Assembly: GCA_030654835.1 (NCBI GenBank)
Contig: JAURWS010000044.1
Coordinates: 4,964-68,963 of the forward strand
Length of the DNA: 64,000 bases
Source of the DNA: Gammaproteobacteria bacterium
Lineage (GTDB): Bacteria; Pseudomonadota; Gammaproteobacteria; Pseudomonadales; Pseudohongiellaceae
Reading direction: 5' to 3'
The position numbers and the translations under genes are program-made. This document shows positions 28,236-37,950 of this stretch, piece by piece. A model generated the notes under the pieces. That model was not told where the DNA came from and did not search any database. It saw only the letters and a list, made by a program, of their open reading frames with translations. The stretch's first letter is position 1. Each line of letters begins with the position of its first letter.

Positions 28236-29195
28236 ATGAAAATGAACAATCGGACAGTTGCAGGCCTTACACTGGGATTTTTCCTGGTGGCGCTGGCCAG
28301 TATAATGCCCGCCCACGCCCAAACATCCCCGCTGGGAGACAAGAACCAGCGTCTGCTGGGTCTGACCACCCCTACCGGCCTGACGGTAATCCCGATATTC
28401 GAGGGAGCGTACGAAAATGAAGACGGCTCAATTTCTTATTCTTTCGGATACTTGAACCGTAACACCAGTGAAGTCATAGAAACTGCGTTCGGTGAAGGCA
28501 ACTACGTTGAGCCTGCACAGTTCGATGGCGTACAGCCCACGACCTTCCAGACCGGCCGCCACACTGGCGTTTTCACAATTACCGTCCCTGCTTCAATGCG
28601 CGACGGCGAAGTCTGGTGGCACATCAAATCCGGAGACAACGATATCCTCAAGGTACCGGGTCGCCGCGGCAAGCTGGGTTACACCCTCGACTTGAAGCCA
28701 CGTCCTGCGGGCTCCGTTGCTCCAATCGTCTGGGCAACAGAAGGCGGACCTAAAGGCACAGATCCAATGGGCCTGCACGTCGAAGAAGTCCTGAGTGTGA
28801 AAGCCGGTGCCCCAGTGACGCTGTCTGTCCACACCGAAGACGTGTCAGTGCGTGACATGACCGACGACCGTAACGCCAAAGGCATCCCCGTTCGCGTGTC
28901 CTGGAGCAAGTACCAGGGCCCGGTAGGTGCAGAAGTGGCCTTCGAGCGTCACCCCTCCTCTGAAGCTCCAGCAGAAGTGAGCGAAGCCGCTGCCCGTCGT
29001 GGCGCCCAGCCAGCTGGTCCAGACGAGACTAAAATTGCCAGCGGCAAAGGCACTGCAAGTGTCATCGCCACCTTCGCACAACCTGGTGACTACGTTATCC
29101 GTACCATGGTAGATAACTGGGACGCCACTGACAGCACAGAAGCTGACCAGTGCTGCTGGAGCAACATGTACCAGAAGATCACTGTAACCCCGTAA
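28236..29195 (+). CDS. exported hypothetical protein (P1)
   Basis: GGAGAG lies 8 nt upstream of the ATG. Signal peptide MKMNNRTVAGLTLGFFLVALASIMPAHAQ. The body looks beta-rich and the C-terminus contains ..DQCCWSNMYQKITVTP. Confidence 0.7.
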   Translation: MKMNNRTVAGLTLGFFLVALASIMPAHAQTSPLGDKNQRLLGLTTPTGLTVIPIFEGAYENEDGSISYSFGYLNRNTSEVIETAFGEGNYVEPAQFDGVQPTTFQTGRHTGVFTITVPASMRDGEVWWHIKSGDNDILKVPGRRGKLGYTLDLKPRPAGSVAPIVWATEGGPKGTDPMGLHVEEVLSVKAGAPVTLSVHTEDVSVRDMTDDRNAKGIPVRVSWSKYQGPVGAEVAFERHPSSEAPAEVSEAAARRGAQPAGPDETKIASGKGTASVIATFAQPGDYVIRTMVDNWDATDSTEADQCCWSNMYQKITVTP

Positions 29196-29239
29196 TTACC
29201 GGGTTTCAGCCAGCAATCTACAGTACTCTGCAATACCAA

Positions 29240-29281
29240 GAAGGCCCGCCAGCCCCGTGAATACGGGGGTGGCGGGCCTTC
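29240..29281 (+). terminator. 19-bp GC-rich hairpin between P1 and P2 (attenuator or processing-type, no U-tract)
   Basis: gaaggcccgccagccccgt / gaat loop / acgggggtggcgggccttc, with one mismatch. It is followed by gtcacaatt, which is not T-rich. Confidence 0.5.
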
Positions 29282-29379
29282 GTCACAATTCGTTGCATAG
29301 AATTCCACGAAGCAGTGGACAAGCGCGGGCCGTCGAATTACATTGCGGCCACTGCGTACCCAATTACGAGGAGAGAATC

Positions 29380-30765
29380 ATGAGAACAATGCAGTGTTGG
29401 AAACAGAAACAGCGCACAGGGAAAGCCATTCTTGGCTTGACAGTCCTTGCTGCTCTGGGGCTCACCGCCCAGGCTCAGGCTCAGTCCGGCGCTCTGTCAA
29501 TTGACGCGGGTCAAGTGACATATGCCGATCACGTTGCACAGATCATCACTGATAACTGTGTAGTCTGCCACCGCGAAGGCGGTGTTGGCCCAATGCAACT
29601 CACCAACTATGAGCAAGTCCGTCCTTGGGCACCGCTCATTCAGTACCGAGTTGAAAACAGGGAAATGCCCCCTTATGCATACGACCACGGCATCGGTATT
29701 CAGGAGCTGCAAGGCGACTGGAGACTTGAGCAGAGCGAGATCGACACTATCGTTGCATGGGTTCAGCAAGGCGCACCGGAAGGTGATTGGGGCGATCGCA
29801 GCCACCCAGTAGCCAACCTGCCAAACCCAGACGAGTGGACTTTCGCCGCTCAATTTGGCGCACCAAGTCTGGTCCTGGACTCCACCCCGATTGACGTGCC
29901 AGCTCTGGGTAACGACATGTGGCACCGTCCATACGTCATGACTGGCCTGACCACTGATCGCTGCATCAAGGCGATTCAAGTGAAGCCGGCCGGCAATGCC
30001 AAGGCTGTTGTACACCATGCCAACTCAAACGTGGAAGTCCTGAATGAGGAAGGCGAGTACGAAGACTATGGTATGTTCACCGAGTACGCGATGGGCAAAT
30101 GGGGCGAGATAGCGCCGGAAGGCGTATGCCGCACTCTGCCAGCCAATGCGCGCATTCGTTGGGACATCCACCTCTTCCCAGGTGGTGTAGGCGCAACTGC
30201 TCCGGGCACCGTCATTGAAGACAACGTTGTTGAAATCGGCGTATGGCTGCACCCTGAAGGCTATGAAGAAGTGGCCAAATACAAGCAGGATCTGAAGTTG
30301 TACAGACTCAACATGGGCGAGCTGATTGTTCCTCCGAATGGCACTGCCATGACTCAGGGCTTCCACTCGTTCGACCACCCTGTGCGTATCGACAGCTTCC
30401 AGCCACACGGCCACCTGCGTATGCGTCAAGCGTCTCTGGAGATTTTCTACCCAGCGACTGGACGTACTGAGCAGATCAGCCAAGTGTCAAACTGGAGTGC
30501 TACTTGGCACCACAGCCACCTGTACGAAACTGATGTCGCTCCACTGCTCCCAACTGGTGCAGTTCTGGTTATCAAGCAGTGGTACGACAACACTGCCAAT
30601 AACCCGAACAACCCTGATCCAGATTTCTGGGTAGTGGAAGGCAGCCGTACAGCTGACGAAATGACTCACGCCTGGATCGCGGTGACTCACCTCGACCAAG
30701 CAGGCTTCGACGAACTCGTTGCCCAGCGTGAAGCAGCCAAGCAGCGCTCAGTTGCTGGTCAGTAA
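29380..30765 (+). CDS. exported haem-c (CxxCH) domain fused to a PHM/DBH-like putative copper monooxygenase fold (P2)
   Basis: AGGAGA SD. Signal peptide ..LTAQAQAQS. CVVCHREGG..REMPP module. Then VVHHA, WDIHLFP, QPHGHLRM and TADEMTH in the order and approximate spacing I recall for the PHM copper ligands. Confidence 0.7.
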   Translation: MRTMQCWKQKQRTGKAILGLTVLAALGLTAQAQAQSGALSIDAGQVTYADHVAQIITDNCVVCHREGGVGPMQLTNYEQVRPWAPLIQYRVENREMPPYAYDHGIGIQELQGDWRLEQSEIDTIVAWVQQGAPEGDWGDRSHPVANLPNPDEWTFAAQFGAPSLVLDSTPIDVPALGNDMWHRPYVMTGLTTDRCIKAIQVKPAGNAKAVVHHANSNVEVLNEEGEYEDYGMFTEYAMGKWGEIAPEGVCRTLPANARIRWDIHLFPGGVGATAPGTVIEDNVVEIGVWLHPEGYEEVAKYKQDLKLYRLNMGELIVPPNGTAMTQGFHSFDHPVRIDSFQPHGHLRMRQASLEIFYPATGRTEQISQVSNWSATWHHSHLYETDVAPLLPTGAVLVIKQWYDNTANNPNNPDPDFWVVEGSRTADEMTHAWIAVTHLDQAGFDELVAQREAAKQRSVAGQ

Positions 30766-30809
30766 GCTCTAAAGACGAGCGTCAGGTGTCAAACCTGGCG
30801 CTCAGATAG

Positions 30810-30850
30810 AAAAAAGGGAGGAAGATCAGCAGATCTTCCTCCCTTTTTTT
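30810..30850. terminator. bidirectional rho-independent terminator
   Basis: A6 - gggaggaagatc - agca - gatcttcctccc - T7. A perfect 12-bp stem flanked by A and T runs, between the convergent genes P2 and P3. Confidence 0.85.
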
Positions 30851-30911
30851 ATGCCTCAACGATACAGACCTGTTGGCCAATCCTCTCTCTCTTAGCCCGC
30901 GACACTCACTG

Positions 30912-32651
30912 TCAGTGCGTATCTCTGTGATAGGTCAGGTAGCCAGTAAACATCTCATCCTCACTCGTCACCCCTGACGCGATCTCTTCCATCGGGTCCG
31001 GGTTGAAAGGATTGGACACCGAGTTGTCGAATGCGCCAGAGACTACCACGCGACTGCCTGCCGGCACCTTCACTGGGTGCTCCAGCACATAGTGCGGCTG
31101 CCACGCGTAGTTATAGGCTGGAATGCTGAGAATATCTTCCGTCGTCCCATCCGGGCGTTCGACAGAGAATTTCACATTCTTGCCGCGTTCATTCATGCGC
31201 GCTCTGACGCCAGTGATGATAACGTCTTCATTGAAGACATGCTCGGCCTGCATCGGAATGTCATTCTGATCGGCAGGCAAAACAAACTGTGCAGAAACAG
31301 TCTGCACAAGTCTCTCCTGCAGCTCACCGTCAGCATTGTCTGCGAGGTATAGACCTATTTCGGTGATGCTGTTCAGCTCCGCGCCCATTCCCACATACTG
31401 GAACTGCATCGACAGCTTGTGCCCCTTCGGAATAAACAATCCGGAGCCTTCGGCAAACTCTGCGACAATCGCGCGCCCAGGTGAATAGCTTTCGAGAAAG
31501 CGCCGCGTAGTATGAGTACTGGTGCGCTCAGCACCCCAGAAGTCCTCTCCAGGAGCCGTCACATAGGCGACCATCTGATGCAGCGCACCATTGCCCGTGG
31601 GCTGATATTGAACGGCGCGCACCCAGGTGTCCTCGGTGAATGGCAGCTCGAGGTCCAGATAAATGTCCTCAAGAATTCCGTTGACAGGCACCTTCTGCAG
31701 CGGTGTGCTGATGATCAGATCGGGCTCACCGATGAGCCACGGCTGCCGCTCCTCGAACTTGAGTTCGGCCAGCGGGTCTGTCGGGCTATCGCCGCGAGGG
31801 CCGCCCGCGTTGATCCAATGCACAACCGTTTGAATATCGGCGGTGGACAGATAGCGAGCGGTCGTCGAATGGCCTACATCAGGGTCAATCTGAGCTGGCG
31901 GCATCCGCTTGTTCAGTATCACTTCCTTGATCATCGGGGACCAGCCCAGCAATGACACATGCCGATCCATCGCGAAGGGGCCTGCGCCCCACTGGCGGTG
32001 ACACTCCACACAATTTTCAATAATGATAGGGGCGACTTCGGTGGCATAGTCCGGCACTTTCTCCTTGTGCGCGTCGCGTACCGGGAAACTCAAGGCGCAT
32101 CCATCGCCAGTGCCTGTCTTCACGGTGTCCCTTATTGGCCCAGCCAACAATCCGGCCAGCGTCTGGTCGAGCTCGCTGCTGACGGCACCGCTGTAAAACA
32201 GCGACATCCGGTCGGGGTTCAGAACCCGCACCTCGCCGGCAACAGCCAGCCCCAGTGCTTCCGATATCAACTGCCCCGAGTCCTGCAAAACCGGCAAGCC
32301 AAGGTCGAGCGCAGCCAGTTCGGCACGGCCACGACCCTGAGAGTCGATCAAGAGAAACTCTATCCCCTGCTCCGCGTAGCGTGACTGCAAGGCTTTGTAG
32401 TCCTCGACCATGGAGCCCATGTTCTGACAGGTCGCGGCATAAGACATCAACACGACAGCCTGCCTGTGCTGATAACGGCTCAACTGATGAAATTTGCCAT
32501 CACTGTCCATCAATGCAAAATCACCGGTGCGATCCAGTGCCGCATTGGCACCGTTCGCCGCCAGACCTAGCATGACGCTGAAACTGAGAAGCTTGACTCT
32601 GGTGTTCACAATATACTGCCTCGAAAAAGTGGTGATGCGACGACTCTTCAA
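30912..32651 (-). CDS. exported thioredoxin-like + haem-c (CxxCH) + degenerate PHM-like protein (P3, paralog of P2)
   Basis: The signal peptide is ..LLSFSVMLGLAANGANA. A redoxin-like segment follows (..AVVLMSYAATCQNM..). The haem module CVECHRQWG..KRMPP is also present. The C-terminal half aligns to P2 by eye. The start may be the GTG at 32609. Confidence 0.7.
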   Translation of the reverse strand: MKSRRITTFSRQYIVNTRVKLLSFSVMLGLAANGANAALDRTGDFALMDSDGKFHQLSRYQHRQAVVLMSYAATCQNMGSMVEDYKALQSRYAEQGIEFLLIDSQGRGRAELAALDLGLPVLQDSGQLISEALGLAVAGEVRVLNPDRMSLFYSGAVSSELDQTLAGLLAGPIRDTVKTGTGDGCALSFPVRDAHKEKVPDYATEVAPIIIENCVECHRQWGAGPFAMDRHVSLLGWSPMIKEVILNKRMPPAQIDPDVGHSTTARYLSTADIQTVVHWINAGGPRGDSPTDPLAELKFEERQPWLIGEPDLIISTPLQKVPVNGILEDIYLDLELPFTEDTWVRAVQYQPTGNGALHQMVAYVTAPGEDFWGAERTSTHTTRRFLESYSPGRAIVAEFAEGSGLFIPKGHKLSMQFQYVGMGAELNSITEIGLYLADNADGELQERLVQTVSAQFVLPADQNDIPMQAEHVFNEDVIITGVRARMNERGKNVKFSVERPDGTTEDILSIPAYNYAWQPHYVLEHPVKVPAGSRVVVSGAFDNSVSNPFNPDPMEEIASGVTSEDEMFTGYLTYHRDTH

Positions 32652-32654
32652 GAC

Positions 32655-33788
32655 TTACGGCATCGGGTAGTTGCTGACATGGCCTTGTTCTGTGGCAACC
32701 CTTGAACGGTTGCGTTCAGACTGCTCCATGCCGCCCAGTGCCGGACCGCCCTGATTGAAGATGCCACCACGCAATACGAACTGGAGATAGCTCATTTCGT
32801 TATCCATGTACCCTTCCTTGTCGATGAATTTCTCCAGGATCTCCTCAATGGCAGCACCACGATCCGGTACGGCTGGATGAGCAAGAACGTCGCCGATGAC
32901 AACCTTCAGGGCCGATATGTTATCAAGCACATAAGCGGCGCCAGGATGGAAGCTGTAGAGGTTGGGCGCAATCGCCGGCATGGTAGGAATGTCTGTCGGA
33001 AGAGAAATCATGCTGCCATGGGCACGGGCGATCTTGTCGATGTAAATATCGGCTACGGTCTGCATGCCCGCCTCCAAAGCTGCATCACTTGCGGCCGTCA
33101 TGGTGATTTCGAGCATTGCCAACTGCATCCACTGCGACGCCCAGGTCATGCCGCTCAGCTGCGGGAAACCGACCCTGAAGGCGTAGGCGTAGGGGTGTTC
33201 GGAGAGCAGGTCACCGGATTTTGGTGAAGCTGCCACCGACAGCTCGTCGTTGCTCAAATACTCGGTCAGCGCCTCATCAACTGCCGTGTGTTTGTCGTAG
33301 ATAGAGTTGTCGAGATAGATCTCCAGCAGGGTGTCTGCGAACTCACGACCTCTGGTCAATACTGCGATTGCCTTTGGGGGAATGCTGCCGTTGGCCTCCA
33401 GAAGCCGTTGCACTTCCTCTTGACTGAATTCTGTCCGCACCATGGCTTGCAGACCTGGCGTCGCACGACTTTCGAAGAGTCGGTGCGGCCCAAGCATCGC
33501 CAAGTGGTTTGCCGAAGTGTGGTAATGCGAGTACTGAGCTTCCTGCAGATCTACTATGGCATCGATCAAAAGCCCCTTGCCGATCTCGGCCTCGGGCGAT
33601 TGATTGGTCAGTGCCACCTCGTCGAAGACTGCCGCCTGCAGCACTTCTGCGACGTTCAGATAATTCGCCAGCTCAGGAAAGCGGCTTTGCAGAATCGACT
33701 CACTGGACTGAGCCTGCAGAGAGGCAGGCAGGACTAACCCGGCACATACAACAACCGGTAGTATTTTTTGCAATGTTTGTCTGAACAT
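32655..33788 (-). CDS. exported hypothetical protein (P4)
   Basis: Signal peptide MFRQTLQKILPVVVCAGLVLPASLQAQS. The composition looks largely helical. Its stop lies 3 nt before the P3 start, so the two are probably an operon. Confidence 0.65.
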   Translation of the reverse strand: MFRQTLQKILPVVVCAGLVLPASLQAQSSESILQSRFPELANYLNVAEVLQAAVFDEVALTNQSPEAEIGKGLLIDAIVDLQEAQYSHYHTSANHLAMLGPHRLFESRATPGLQAMVRTEFSQEEVQRLLEANGSIPPKAIAVLTRGREFADTLLEIYLDNSIYDKHTAVDEALTEYLSNDELSVAASPKSGDLLSEHPYAYAFRVGFPQLSGMTWASQWMQLAMLEITMTAASDAALEAGMQTVADIYIDKIARAHGSMISLPTDIPTMPAIAPNLYSFHPGAAYVLDNISALKVVIGDVLAHPAVPDRGAAIEEILEKFIDKEGYMDNEMSYLQFVLRGGIFNQGGPALGGMEQSERNRSRVATEQGHVSNYPMP

Positions 33789-34072
33789 TCTGTACTCCGT
33801 TAGAGGGAGGTTGATTCGGTATTCTGTTTCCCGAGCTTTCTGAATTCATGGGCGGCGACACGCCGCCACTGCGAATATGCCGGGGGCTGGAGCAAGGATA
33901 AAAGCCCCTGTCGAGGAAGTCCATCCTGTAAGTGTGTCAATTTATGAGGAGGTCTCTCGCAGGCGTTGAGCCTCACGGTCAGAGCGGGGCTGAACCAAGG
34001 AAGCCGATCAGATCGGCATGGTACTGCTCGGGGATTTCGAAGCGCGAGCTTACCATGCAGGCTGGCGGGGGA

Positions 34073-35791
34073 TTATGGTTTGGCCAGACTCATGCCGATC
34101 TTGAGAATGCGCCCGTGATCCATCTCGGCCACCGCCCAGATGAATCCCTGCCAGTCAAGCTGATCCCCTACGACCGGGTTACTGCCCATTTTCTGACTGA
34201 AGAACTCACCAATCGGCAGCTCTCCGTCACAGTCCTGTAGGGATAGCCCGTAGATCGGCGCGAGATCCCGCAATCTGGCGTTGGCGTCCAGAATGAAGTC
34301 ACCGAAGAACCAGGCGTCGAAGGCAGCGGAAGGCGCTTGACTGAAAAGCTTGCCCAGCACCGGCAGGTCTCGCTCGTGCGCGATGATGCAGAGGATGTCG
34401 TCCGCAAGAAGCCGCGTGCTGCCGCTGGGATGCAGCAGCTCACGCCCTCGAAACAACGCGGCAATGCGCGTCCCTTCGGGCATGTTCAGGCGCCGCAGTT
34501 CGGTGTTGATGCACCACTGCTCGGCGCCAAGGCGATAGACAAACATCTCCCATTGACTGGTGGGATGAATTTCAAGCCCTGATCGGGAAATAGGCGTCGG
34601 TTGCGGCGGCACCTCAACTTTGGCCAATTTTGCCGCCAGAGCCAGGGATCCGCCCTGGAGCAGTAGCGACACCAGCACGATGAAAAACGTCACATTGAAA
34701 AACAGTTGCGCCGACGGCAAGCCGGCCATGATTGGATAAACCGCGAGAATAACCGGGACGGCTCCCCGCAACCCCACCCAGGAGATAAACCATCGCTCAC
34801 GAGTTTTGAAGCGACTGAATGGTAGAAGACTCAGCCATACGGCGAGAGGCCGGACCAGAATGATGACCCAGATCGCGAGCAGCAGGCTCGGCAGCGCGGT
34901 TGGCAAGAGTTCGCTGGGGGTCAGCAATAGCCCCAGCACGATGAACATGCCGATCTGGCTGATCCATGTCAGACCATCGAAAACACTCAAAATCGATGTA
35001 CGGCTACGAATTGGATTGTTTCCCAGCAGCAAGCCGCATAAATAGATTGCCAGAATGCCACTGCCGCCCAGCATGTTGGTAACGGCGAAAATCAGCAGTC
35101 CCCCGCTCACTGCGAGCAGAGGATAGAGCCCACTTTGCAGCATGGTGCGATTGATCAACTGCAGCAGCAGCCAGCCACCTGCAAGCCCCAGGGTAATCCC
35201 CAGACCAAACTGTTTCAAAAAGCTGATCAGAAAGAACGCTGCGGACTGATCCTGACCGGACACCAGCACCGCAATCAAAGTGACGGTGAGAAATACCGCC
35301 ATGGGGTCATTGCTGCCCGACTCTATTTCCAGTGTCGCGCGCACCCGCTGGTTGATGCTGCGCGGCCCAAGCAGAGAAAACACGGCCGCCGCATCGGTGG
35401 AACCAACGATGGCGCCAATCAACAGCCCCTCCAGAAGGCTCAGGTCAAACAGCCAGGCCGCCATGACGCCAGTGAGACCAGCTGTCAGCATGACACCCAG
35501 CGTTGCCAGAGAGAGAGCTGGCCCAAGGGCAACCTTGAAGGTCTCAGCGCGGGTGCGCATCCCGCCGTCCAGCAGGATGATGGCCAATGCCAGATTACTG
35601 GCCAGATACGCCATTGAGTAATCGTCGAACAGGATGCCGCCGATGCCATCCTCGCCGGCCAGCATGCCGACACCGAGGAATATCACAAGAATGGGAATGC
35701 CCAACCGCGAGGACACTGTACTCATCAGCACGCTGAAACCTACCAGCACCGCGCCGATAAGGAAAAAATTATTGATCGTTACCGCATCCAT
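34073..35791 (-). CDS. nhaP2: K+/H+ antiporter NhaP2 (CPA1 with C-terminal TrkA-C domain)
   Basis: About 12 TM helices (..[14 protein letters not shown]..) plus a soluble C-terminal regulatory domain. 572 aa. Confidence 0.85.
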   Translation of the reverse strand: MDAVTINNFFLIGAVLVGFSVLMSTVSSRLGIPILVIFLGVGMLAGEDGIGGILFDDYSMAYLASNLALAIILLDGGMRTRAETFKVALGPALSLATLGVMLTAGLTGVMAAWLFDLSLLEGLLIGAIVGSTDAAAVFSLLGPRSINQRVRATLEIESGSNDPMAVFLTVTLIAVLVSGQDQSAAFFLISFLKQFGLGITLGLAGGWLLLQLINRTMLQSGLYPLLAVSGGLLIFAVTNMLGGSGILAIYLCGLLLGNNPIRSRTSILSVFDGLTWISQIGMFIVLGLLLTPSELLPTALPSLLLAIWVIILVRPLAVWLSLLPFSRFKTRERWFISWVGLRGAVPVILAVYPIMAGLPSAQLFFNVTFFIVLVSLLLQGGSLALAAKLAKVEVPPQPTPISRSGLEIHPTSQWEMFVYRLGAEQWCINTELRRLNMPEGTRIAALFRGRELLHPSGSTRLLADDILCIIAHERDLPVLGKLFSQAPSAAFDAWFFGDFILDANARLRDLAPIYGLSLQDCDGELPIGEFFSQKMGSNPVVGDQLDWQGFIWAVAEMDHGRILKIGMSLAKP

Positions 35792-36002
35792 CCACTCACT
35801 CCGGCCTCACTACAGCAGGCATTCTGCCTCACGGCAGCAACTTACAACAAGCTCGCATCGAGGCCGGAAAATGGATTGCAAAACCAGCGGATGGATTACC
35901 CGAATACCTCCATCGTCAATTCTTCGATGAGTTCGGACTGATCCATGAGATGAATGAAACTGGCGGGAAGGCACAGAGAGGGCAACAGCAGGGCAGGTAT
36001 TT

Positions 36003-36185
36003 TCAGCGATCGGAAACTTCGCGCAAATTCTTGATTTCTTGCAATTCAGCAGCAAATTCGACCAGTCTGCTGCGGATTATCTCTTCAATCTTTTCGTGCG
36101 GTCCGGAAAATTCTTCCAGATATTGTACCGTCATGGCAGCCTCTGAATTGCATTCCACCGCTGCTGTCATTTTGATATCACTCAT
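36003..36185 (-). CDS. small acidic helical protein (possibly DUF465/YdcH-like)
   Basis: 60-aa ORF in an AT-rich intergenic island. YLEEFSGPHEKIEEI..FAAELQEI weakly recalls DUF465. A CRP/FNR-type site lies about 65 nt upstream. Confidence 0.3.
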   Translation of the reverse strand: MSDIKMTAAVECNSEAAMTVQYLEEFSGPHEKIEEIIRSRLVEFAAELQEIKNLREVSDR

Positions 36186-36242
36186 CCCACAAACGCCCCT
36201 AAAACTTCGCCACTTATAAGGGCGAAATTACAGGCGCAAAAT

Positions 36243-36258
36243 TGTGATGTCAATCACC
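36243..36258. promoter_or_regulatory. CRP/FNR-family binding-site candidate
   Basis: TGTGAtgtcaaTCACc matches TGTGA-N6-TCACA at 9 of 10 positions. The embedded gTGATgtcaATCAc matches TTGAT-N4-ATCAA at 8 of 10. Confidence 0.4.
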
Positions 36259-36506
36259 AATACGGGAAAGATTTGGGAAGACGTCGTGCTTTTCGCCTGC
36301 TTTCAGCTACGTCTACCACAGCGAAATTTTTCAGACAAAGAATAAGGTCTTTAATCTCCGTGACTTAGCGCCACAAGCCTGTGGCGGAAGAAAAATATTG
36401 CATTTCACCGCCAAAAGCATTCGCCTCAGCGCCAAAGCATACCGCTCGTTCAAACAAGGCTGAATTGCAGAGAGAAAAATGAAACAAAATGAAATAATTC
36501 CCTACA

Positions 36507-36541
36507 CTCTTGTCAGCCATATGACAATGACATGACAAGAG
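36507..36541 (-). terminator. weak hairpin downstream of purA
   Basis: ctcttgtca / 17-nt loop / tgacaagag. It starts 18 nt after the purA stop, and the downstream tract is only moderately T-rich. Confidence 0.3.
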
Positions 36542-36558
36542 CGCACAAAATTGGTGCT

Positions 36559-37884
<1,326 letters not shown>

Positions 37885-37950
37885 TTAATTCGACACGCCC
37901 AACTGCTGGCGCAAATCTGTCCAAGCCCAATGGAGCCAGAACGGCCCTTG

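Noticed and set aside
27972-28322. 116-aa minus-strand ORF upstream of P1
   Set aside because: It spans the P1 promoter and start region and has no SD or motifs. P1 on the plus strand has an SD and a signal peptide.
33851-33869. ggcggcg-aca-cgccgcc hairpin upstream of P4
   Set aside because: It is a short GC stem in a GC-rich intergenic region with no flanking T-run or repeat context, so it may be fortuitous.
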